Positions 1 to 8,349 of a DNA stretch of 29,163 bases are shown piece by piece (the stretch's first letter is position 1; each line of letters opens with the position of its first letter). Both the position numbers and the translations under genes were made by a program. The notes beneath the pieces are model-generated. The model saw nothing but the letters and a program-made list of their open reading frames with translations. It made no database searches and was not told the DNA's origin. Origin of the DNA: Octopus sinensis (Eukaryota); the NCBI RefSeq assembly GCF_006345805.1, contig NW_021823668.1:1-29163 (forward strand). Direction: 5' to 3'.

Positions 1-75
1 CGATTCCGAAGAGTATTTCTTAATAATATCTACTCTTCTTGCATCTTGCCAATTCTTCTTCAAAATACTTAAGTT

Positions 76-881
76 TAATGTGTGTGCATGCATGTTTCTA
101 TGTATGAGAGAGATAGAGTATATGTGGGTGTGTGTTTGTATGTGTGTGTGTTTGTGTGTTTGTGTGTGTGTGTGTATAATTATAAACGTGCTTATGTAAT
201 TCTTAAGCTATTCATGTATAAAATATGTATGATTAATTAATTCAATACACACACAAACACACACACACACACACCAGACACACAGAGGCACACACACGCC
301 CATACACACATAAGCACGTATATATATTAAATACATATGTATGCGAGTGCTTATATGTATATATGTACATATATATATATATATGTATGTATATATATAT
401 ACATACATATATATATATATATATATATTGGTAGATAGATACATATAGGTATATACATAAAGGTTTGTGTGAATACACATATATATACATATATCAATAT
501 ACATATGCGCAAATATATATATATGCATATATAAAACATATATACGTATATATAAGCATATATATACATATATAAATATAGATACTGTGAGAGAGAGGGT
601 GAGATAGGTGTAGAGACATATACACCCCCATACACACATACACATGCGCTCACATATCGATTTGCATACGTGTATTTCTGCAACTATAACAAGTAGGCGG
701 CATATAACTTTCATTTCAAAAGATATTTCTAATATTGTATTACAATTCATTTAGATAAATGTCATTTGATTCAAATTAGGATTCATTTCAAATTATCATT
801 TCGAAGCAATTCAGAAACACACAGGCGCATACAGTCCTAATTACGCAAGCACTTATAGCTCATATGTATATGTGTATGTGC

Positions 882-943
<62 letters not shown>

Positions 944-1165
944 TATATATATCACGCGCACATATACGGATCAGATGAAGCGATATAAAGTTATATAAAT
1001 ACAAACATATAACACACATACACAAACACAGACACACACACATATACATATATATATGTATATATATGTATATATATATATATATATATACATACATACA
1101 CATATACATGTATATGTGTGTGCCCGAGTGTGCGTATATATGTGCGTATGCGCAAGTGCGGCAGA
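76..1165. repeat. Compound (TG/CA)n-(TA)n microsatellite block
   Basis: Long runs of TG, CA and TA dinucleotides; they explain the Y/I/C/V-rich ORFs at 208-1248. Confidence 0.95.
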
Positions 1166-1826
1166 CAAAGATAATTTACATATATGACGATATGACGTTT
1201 ATGAAGAAAGAGGATGCAGTATTTAATGAATGACAGGTTGGATTGCATCTGTATCCCGCGGTTATTTCCATTATAACCATAACATTCTCATTGTACAGTT
1301 TGAATTATATTCAATTACGTACGGCTTTCGTAAACTTTTAATTCCTTCTCCTGCACAGTTTTATGATTAGTTAAGTACCATTTATGTTTGTTCTCGGAAT
1401 ATTTAGTTTTATATTTGTAAAGCTTATACGAGTGATTATGGATTAAACATCATTATATAACTCAATGGCTCAAAAAATTTTTTTTTAAATAAACATACGC
1501 GACTCCTCTTGTACGTAATTATATTCTGTTCTGTTCTGTTGTCTGAATGGTTTATTGTTTAGCTTATGGTGATCAGAAAGACAAGCACCCAGGGTTAATT
1601 TCGAGGGTTAAAATAGCCGACTCATACCTTACCCACAATCTACAGACGTGGTAATAATACTCACTTAAGAGTGAATTCTGCTAAGATCAAACCAGATCTA
1701 GATTATGTTGTGAAAGTAAGGGACAGTTTAAGTCTCCTAAACAAGAAATTATACAGTTCAACCAAGAGGCTTTCACACGGAATCTACCTGCCTGAATTTA
1801 AGTTTATAATTGTGCTCTTATACGAA

Positions 1827-2035
1827 GCGGGTTGCTGGCAGAATCGTTAGCATGACGGGTAAATTGCTTAGTGGAATTTCTCTGGTTTTGCATTCTTTGT
1901 TCAAATTCCACGGTGGTCGACGTCGAATTTCGCCCTTGAGGGTCGAGAAGATAAGTATCAGCTGACCACTAAGGTCAATGTAATCATCTAGTCATCTCAT
2001 TCAAAATTTAAGGCCTTGTGACTATAGAAGAAAGA
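1827..2035 (+). mobile_element. Old degenerate SINE family A copy (short-tail form)
   Basis: Head gctggcagaatcgttagca, then ttcaaattccac..ggtcgac and tail aaatttaaggccttgtgactatagaagaaag; recognisable but highly diverged from the younger A copies in the window. Confidence 0.75.
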
Positions 2036-2594
2036 AGAAAAATGACGTTGGGTTAGAGAGAGGTTTTTGGAGCGAAGATAAAATCGAATCCTGAATCTCA
2101 TGTTTAATTAAGTTTTAACCTTACGCATAATTATTTCTAGAGACGTCTTTCAAAGCCTGCTACATTTCATTTGTTATTAACACTAACATTTCTATTGTTT
2201 TCCTGTGGTTCTAAATATATTTTTCTCTGTACAGTTGTATCGTTTTTAGCCAGGTTTACATCCTGAGATTTCTCAATGCTTTTCGCGAAGCTGATATAAG
2301 AAGCAGTCCAAAGATCAACGCTCGACACCACCGTGTGTATTTGGGAACGTGTATTTGAATATAGCTGGGATTCGATAATGGTTTGTGAATGACATTAAGT
2401 AAATACAAACAAGGTGGATTGTTCTTGAAATTTTGTTTCATCTGGTGATTACGGTTTTTTGCAATGGAGTAATTTTCTCCTTCTATTAAAAAATACGTAA
2501 GAAACAACTCCAATGAGCTGACAATCATCCATCGTCTGTTATTCATATGTAAATATGTGTATATATATATATATATATACAGACGCCATGATAG

Positions 2595-2783
2595 ATCGTT
2601 ACCTACTACACACATTTTTTCTCTCCTTGGTTCTCTCCTTGTTTTTTTCTGTGTATCTTTTTGTAGAAGAGCGTAGGCTCGAAACGTAAAAGACTTTTTC
2701 TATTCCTGTGCGCTATACTAATACATCTGTTTGTTTTGTACACCACCTGCCTTCATATTTTGTTTATTTTCGTAGACTTTCCC
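2595..2783 (+). mobile_element. Repeat family E copy 1: Penelope-like terminal (pLTR) fragment with hammerhead-like core
   Basis: About 190 bp homologous to 6767-6945. Contains TTGTAGA-A-GAGC-GTAG-GCTC-GAAA-CGTA and is flanked by (TA)n on both sides. The Penelope assignment rests on this motif only. Confidence 0.55.
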
Positions 2784-2799
2784 TTTATATATATATATA

Positions 2800-3210
2800 G
2801 GCGCAGGAGTGGCTGTGTGGTAAGTAGCTTGCTAACTAACCACATGGTTCCGGGTTCAGTCCCACTGCGTGGCATCTTGGGCAAGTGTCTTCTGCTATAG
2901 CCCCGGGCCGACCAATGCCTTGTGAGTGGATTTGGTAGACGGAAACTGAAAGAAGCCTGTCGTATATATGTACATATATATATGTATGTGTGTGTGTTTG
3001 CGTATCTGTGTTTGTTCCCCTAGCATTGCTTGACAACCGATGCTGGTGTGTTTACGTCCCCGTCACTTGGCGGTTCGGCAAAAAGAGACCGATAGAATAA
3101 GTACTGGGCTTACAAAAAGAATAAGTCCCGGGGTCGAGTTGCTCGACTAAAGGTGGTGCTCCAGCATGGCCGCAGTCAAATGACTGAAACAAGTAAAAGA
3201 GTAAAAGAGA
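2800..3210 (+). mobile_element. tRNA-derived SINE family B, full length, with CORE-like cttgggcaag motif and internal TA/TG tract
   Basis: A-box tggctgtgtggtaag, B-box ggttcagtccc, 3' (gagtaaaa)n tail; near-identical to 23227-23651. Confidence 0.9.
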
Positions 3211-3216
3211 GAGAGA

Positions 3217-3260
<44 letters not shown>

Positions 3261-3271
3261 AATATATATGT

Positions 3272-3797
3272 TATATAAAATCTGTTCTGTCTGTCTGTGT
3301 GTCTTCTAGGATCTCGGTCATCCTCCATCCGATTGCGCTAAAATTTGATATGTAGATACCAACGGTATCAGGGCGTGTACAAGTCATGAAAAAAGTACAA
3401 AAATCGATTCCAGGTGAGAATGCGATCGATAAAGTCGTAGGAACTTGCATTTTTATGCGCAAGTACATCAGTCGAAATCCGACTTTTGCTGGTGTCTCAA
3501 ATTTAGGTTAAATCAGTGTTTCTCAAAGGGGAGGCCTATGGGACGGTCCGGCAATTTGTTTTCAGAAAATTTGGTTTAAATGTTTGACAACTCAGCACCG
3601 TCCATTCAGCGTGGAAGGTGTTTGTAAGCCATTTAAGAAACACACAAGAGATGCAGCACGGATTTTTGTCAGTGAACAGGTCGAACGGCTTTTGTGTGTT
3701 TCTTAAATGGCTTACAAACACCTTCCACGCTGCAATTGTTTTCGTTCCAGCACACGATCTCAGATCAAATCACTTGCTATGCAAGTACATCTCCGTA
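3272..3797. mobile_element. Non-autonomous DNA element(s), Helitron/Helentron(HINE)- or MITE-like, with internal 41-bp inverted repeat
   Basis: Starts with a tctgtctgtctgt..ccgatt..aaaatttgatatg motif typical of DINE-1/HINE-like 5' regions. Has two ACTTGC..GCAAGTACATC hairpins, a perfect inverted repeat at 3607-3647/3692-3732, and (TA)n on both flanks. Confidence 0.45.
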
Positions 3798-3812
3798 ATA
3801 TATATAATATAT

Positions 3813-3850
<38 letters not shown>

Positions 3851-3935
3851 GCGTAACTTGCGTGTATATTTATACGTATATATATGTGTGTATATACACA
3901 CATACGCAAGCACAAACACACACAAGCACACACAG
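3795..3935. repeat. (TA)n/(CA)n microsatellite
   Basis: Direct reading of the sequence. Confidence 0.9.
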
Positions 3936-4260
3936 GTATGTTCTTCACTTGCTTGCTGAGATGTGAATGATTAGCTGACTAAAATTTTCAAATAAATCAA
4001 AGTATTAGACTTGTCTATCAACACGCTTTCTTGAAATATGTCGTTCAGGCATATTACAATATAATCCGCACGACTATGTGTCTAAATAAACAATTGAGTC
4101 TATAAATCCAACAGCTGCATACGCCACACTGACAATCATGATTTTCCCATTCAATTTTGGTATTGTATTTTGTTGGTGCTTGCGTTATATTTCTGTCGCT
4201 ACTACGCCCTATTTATACTTAACATTACTTTGCCATTTCAGTCATAATGAGCTTTTTGCT

Positions 4261-4560
4261 TTGTTCCTTCTCGAGCCATGCCTGGCTCATAAGGGCCGGT
4301 TTCCCGGTTTCCTTGGCGCATAGGTTCCCCACCTGGACGGGACGCCGCTCCGTCGCGGGTGAGTTGCAAGATGCAGGAAGGAAGAGTGAAAAAAATGTGT
4401 TTGGAGAGAGTCAGCAGAAGTTCGCCATTACGTCCTGCCGGGGCCGCGTGGAGCTTAGGTATTTCGCTCATAAACAAACACATCGCCCTTTCTGAGATTC
4501 GAACCCGCGATCCCATGACCGCGAGTCCGCTGCTCTAACCACTAGGCCATGGGACTCCAC
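4261..4560 (-). mobile_element. Chimeric SINE: family C tRNA head with family D-type tail
   Basis: Minus strand begins gtggag..tggcctagtggttagagcagcggactcgcggtc (as at 17915-18299) and ends gcgacggagcggcgtcccgtccagg..gaaaccgggaaaccggccc..atgagcc (as at 11130-11220). Confidence 0.85.
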
Positions 4561-4804
4561 ATTATGAGCTATAAGCTATACTATTCTTAGTGTGCTTTAT
4601 AAGCTACACTATTCTTCATTTAAGGTCATCATTTAATATTCAACCCCCACTGCATGCAGTAACTATCAGGGACACAAACTTACTACAATTTTTTCTAACA
4701 ATGGTGAACTGGCTGCCAGTTGTTCCTGCATCGTTTAATTTTATTAACTTTGCAGTTACAGACAACCCTTTGTTGTATAGCATATATGAAGAAACATCTA
4801 GTAC

Positions 4805-4876
4805 AGCAGAGTGGCGCAGTGGAAGCGTGCTGGGCCCACAACTCAGAGGTCCGTAGATCGAAACTACGCTCTGCTA
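4805..4876 (+). tRNA. tRNA-iMet: Initiator-Met-type tRNA body with CAC anticodon (variant gene or retroposed pseudogene)
   Basis: 72 nt AGCAGAGTGGCGCAGTGGAAGCGTGCTGGGCCCACAACTCAGAGGTCCGTAGATCGAAACTACGCTCTGCTA. Has the A1:U72 pair, C33, AUCGAAA T-loop and a perfect T-stem CGTAG/CTACG. Anticodon 4837-4839 is CAC instead of CAT, and G30 pairs with U40. TTTTCTTTT follows about 14 nt downstream. Confidence 0.9.
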
Positions 4877-4911
4877 AGATAATAAGTACTTTTCTTTTAA
4901 ATATTTACGAG

Positions 4912-5324
4912 GGCAGCGAGCTGGCAGAACCGTTAGCACGCCGGCCGAAATGCGTAGTCGTATTTCGTCTTCCGTCACGATCTGAGTTCAAATTCCGCCG
5001 AGGTTCACTTTGCCTTTCATCCTTTCGGGGTCGATTAAATAAGTACCAGTTACGCACTGGGGTCGATATTATCGACTTAATCCGTTTGTCTGTCCTTGTT
5101 TGTCCCTTCTATGTTTAGCCCCTTGTGGGTAGTAAAGAAATAGGTATTTCGTCTGCCACTACGTTCTGAGTTCAAATTCCACCGAGGTCGACTTTGCCTT
5201 TCATCCTTTCGGGGTCGATAAACTAAGTACCATTTACAAAATGGGGTCGATGTAATCCACTTAATCCGTTTGTCTGTCCTTGTTTGTCCCCTCTACGTTT
5301 AGCCCCTTGTGGGTAATAAAGAAA
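4912..5324 (+). mobile_element. SINE family A dimer (head plus two ~180-bp units)
   Basis: Head ggcagcgagctggcagaaccgttagcacg; the unit ..ctgagttcaaattccgccgaggtcgactttgcctttcatcctttcggggtcgat..gtgggtaataaagaaa occurs twice. The central gcctttcatcctt..gggtcgataaa..agtaccag segment resembles, from memory, the Sauria/Meta-type SINE core. Confidence 0.92.
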
Positions 5325-5971
5325 CACTCCATGAAGAAACATCGAATAGTGTTGGAGTGAAACATAAAGCCAATAAGAATGAATTTACTATTTAAGAAAT
5401 TCTTTGGTGCTGCGAAGAGAGAGCTTGTAATAGACTGGCGTAGAAGTTAATAAACGCCAGATTTTAGCAACTTCGTCGTCGAGCTTATCTCTTTCAAGTA
5501 ATTTGTTCTACACATTCTGTTGATTAACTGTCTTCGATTTCGTTGCAGATAAACATTCTTATTATTGAACAACCACAAGAAAGAATAGTCTTGAGACATC
5601 AGAACTCATTATCAATGTTTAAGTTCTTCGTCTTTTTCATTTGCTTTATTGGCTGTTGGGTAACAGCTCCGTAGAAAGTAAACCTGCGTTCGTGTCTGAC
5701 CATGTTTGCTGTCAGCTGAAAAATCTACACTGTTATATGTGCTCACTTTGCTTAAATTCCATATGTGGCAAACCAATGAAGATTTATACGAGTCAATAGA
5801 AGAGAACTTATTTGGTCACGTATTTTGCTAGAAATATCAACCAAACCTCGCTTAGCTCGCAAGCGGTCATCTTCGAGAATATATTAGCAGGAATATTTAA
5901 CAATTGCAAAAGCTAGAAAACGAACCGAATTACTAAACCCGAAGGGGAAGAAAAAAACGCGCTCAGGATTC

Positions 5972-6123
5972 TTCCGCCGAGATTGACATAGCCTTTCATC
6001 CTTTCGGGGTCGATATATTTAAGTACCAGTTAACGCACTGGAGTCGATGTAATCGACTTAATCCCTTTGCCTGTCGTTGTTTGCCCCCTCTATGTTTAGC
6101 CCCATGTGGGCAATAATGAAATA
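5972..6123 (+). mobile_element. 5'-truncated SINE family A unit
   Basis: ttccgccgag..gcctttcatcctttcggggtcgat..gtgggcaataatgaaata. Confidence 0.88.
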
Positions 6124-6297
6124 AATATTACCGACGGCATCAAAATGCCTGACCATTCACGACTTCAAGTGGGACCGGATCTAATAGCAATTTCATCTTT
6201 CGTTCGCTTTTCTGACCAGGATCATCACCGTGTATTCAGCAGTTATAGCCATTAGCCCATAGCAGAGTACAGACAGAGACAGCAGACGGAGGCAGTA

Positions 6298-6345
6298 GCC
6301 AGCGCCAGCGGCCAGCGGCCAGCGGCCACGGCCAGCAGCCAGCAG
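6298..6345 (+). repeat. GC-rich short tandem repeat (GCCAGCG)n / (GCCAGCA)
   Basis: gccagcgccagcggccagcggccagcggccacggccagcagccagcag. Confidence 0.85.
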
Positions 6346-6555
6346 AGTGTAGCAGTAATCCAGCAGCTGACCAGAGGTGTGTCACAACACAAAAACAGTG
6401 ACTAGCGGTGAGTGCAACAAACTAGGAATAACTTTAAGTATCTCATCTCACGACGGTGACTACTATTATATCTTGTTCAACCACATCTCTTATAAGCTTC
6501 GGACTATCTTGCTGTAAACTTGATTTCTGTGTTGTGGTATAGTAACGTCAATATA

Positions 6556-7040
6556 TTTACTCTCATTTACTCTCTTTTACTTGTTTCAGTCATTTTATTG
6601 CGGCCATGCTAGAGCACCACTTTTATTCGAGCAAATCGACCCCAGGACTTATTCTTTGTGAGCCTAGTACTTATTCTATCGGTCACTTTTGCCGACCAAA
6701 AAACACCAGCATCGATTGTCAGGCGATGTTGGGAGACCAAACACAGACCTACACCCAAATATATACATCGGTAGCCACTACACACATTTTTTTTTCTCTT
6801 CTTGTTTTTCTCTGTGCCCCTTTCTGTAGAAGAGCGTAGGCTCGAAAGGTAAAAGACTTTTTCTATTCCTGAGCGTTATACTAATACATCTGTTTGTTTT
6901 GTACACCACCTGTCTTCGTCTTTTGTTTTTTTCATGAACTCTCCCTATATACATACATATATATATATATATATATACGACGGAATTCTTCCACTCACAA
7001 GGCTCTGGTGGGCCCGAGGTTATAGTAGAAGACACTTGCC
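6556..7040 (-). mobile_element. SINE family B, 5'-truncated, interrupted by family E in its TA tract
   Basis: 3' half at 6556-6765 (ttacttgtttcagtc..gcggccatgctagagcacc..) and CORE part at 6976-7040 (ccactcacaaggc..gaagacacttgcc). Confidence 0.82.
6767..6945 (+). mobile_element. Repeat family E copy 2: Penelope-like terminal fragment
   Basis: Homologous to 2595-2783; core CTGTAGA-A-GAGC-GTAG-GCTC-GAAA-GGTA. Confidence 0.55.
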
Positions 7041-7179
7041 TATTAGATAGTCTTTTTATTGTCATTGGTATTGTTCACGTTGTTGTTTTTGTTGATGTTA
7101 CTGTTGCTTGTCTTTTCCTCTCCACCTGTTATAAAATTGTAACTTAAAAACTGATGATGTCATTCCACCAACGTGTGGA

Positions 7180-7345
7180 CACTGGTTGCTCTCGTTCATA
7201 CTTTACGTTTAAATTTCTGTCATTTTGAATTTTTATCACTTCTTATTTTGAACTTGACAAAGACAGACGTACTGTTGAAATATCGTCCAACCAATAAAAT
7301 ATCTTAGAATCGAATCGCGCTCTTCGTCTTGACTGTTTATTAATG
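7180..7345 (+). mobile_element. Penelope-like 3' terminal fragment (second family) with hammerhead-like core, AATAAA and (AAT)n tail
   Basis: TTGACAA-A-GACAG-ACGTA-CTGTT-GAAA-TATC-GTC, followed by AATAAA and an (AAT)n run. No protein evidence. Confidence 0.4.
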
Positions 7346-7397
<52 letters not shown>

Positions 7398-7447
7398 TAA
7401 TAATAATCAGAATAATTATCATTATTATTATTATTATTATTATTATT
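7345..7447. repeat. Abutting (AAT)n and (ATT)n tracts
   Basis: (AAT)n at 7345-7407, then (ATT)n to 7447. Confidence 0.95.
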
Positions 7448-7782
7448 CAGCAATTTTATTTTTATAGCGTGCTTTCACTTCACTACCGAGCGCAGCTCTG
7501 TGTGCCTTGGTATGTGCTGTGATTTGTTTGGATGCTCTGATGTTTATTGTATGGAAAGTGTTCTGCGTAGGATGTGTGCAGTGCCTAGTAGTGAATTTTC
7601 TGTATGTTATATGTGTTGTAAGTCCTGGTGTTTTTGTTATGTATTTGTCTGAATTTTTTTATCATGCCTAATGCACCTACTATATAGGAATTGTTTCTGT
7701 TTTTAGATTCCACATTCTATTACCTTCTATTTCCAGGTCTTTGTATTTTGAAAGTTTCTCCTCCATTTCTTTTAGGGACACG
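7448..7782 (-). mobile_element. 3' end of a restriction-like-endonuclease non-LTR retrotransposon (R4/Dong-like), frameshifted
   Basis: Minus-strand translation across frameshifts: VSLKEMEEKLSKYKDLEIEGNRMWNLKTETIPI / VGALGMIKK / SDKYITKTPGLT / LLGTAHILRRTLSIQ*. A short 3'UTR then runs into (AAT)n. The KYxDL..GALG..LGTAHILR pattern is the RLE-clade C-terminus. Confidence 0.85.
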
Positions 7783-7791
7783 TTATTATTA

Positions 7792-7831
<40 letters not shown>

Positions 7832-7905
7832 TATTAATTATTATTAATTATTATTATCATATTATTATTATTATTATTATATGATTATGATAATAAAATA
7901 ATTAA
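7783..7905. repeat. (ATT)n microsatellite
   Basis: Direct reading; it flanks the RLE fragment. Confidence 0.95.
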
Positions 7906-8349
7906 TACATGCCTGGGCTGAAGGCGAATGAACTGCGAATCTAGAGCAATATTTGGTTGAAGATACCGGACCAACTGCCGTTCACCTATCTCCTTGAGAG
8001 AATCATGATCCTGGTCCACAACACAGAGAAATGCGAAGGGAAAAGGCCCAACTTATGGGTAGTAAGAGCTCTGAAGTCTTAGTTGACAATCTTACAAGAG
8101 ATGGTGTCTACATAAAAATACCAGTTGGTGGTGGTGGTTATCCTTAAGACACAAATCTCGATGTTGAGTGAAAATTTCCAATACAAATGTAGTAAATAAT
8201 AGTGTTAATGGGGCTGGGACTAAAGGGGAAAGCCTTTAGTTCGGCAGGTGCCCTGTGGTTGAGCAGCGCAGGCCCGGGCGTCATCGGGACATTGCTCATT
8301 TACAAAGGTAGAGGAAGAGACGGTAGGATAAGGAGGCAAACAGAACAGA

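Noticed and set aside
208-1248. ORFs up to 180 aa rich in Y/I/C/V/H/T (also at 11233-12561, 13307-14539, 15520-16004, 18732-19154, 21166-21765 and 27242-28924)
   Set aside because: They are translations of (TA)n/(CA)n microsatellites, which lack stop codons; not coding.
2800-2875. tRNA-like A/B-box segments at SINE heads (also 10980, 18299, 20022, 23227 and 26075)
   Set aside because: They lack a closing acceptor stem and run into SINE bodies; not tRNA genes.
4720-5118. 132-aa plus-strand ORF
   Set aside because: It runs through the tRNA and SINE A; FKFRRGxLCLSSFRGR is the recurrent SINE A translation also seen at 9740, 22662 and 26196.
4912-5324. Regularly repeated ~180-bp units as a CRISPR-like or satellite array
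   Set aside because: They are SINE internal units with Pol III boxes and TSDs; there is no repeat-spacer structure and the context is eukaryotic.
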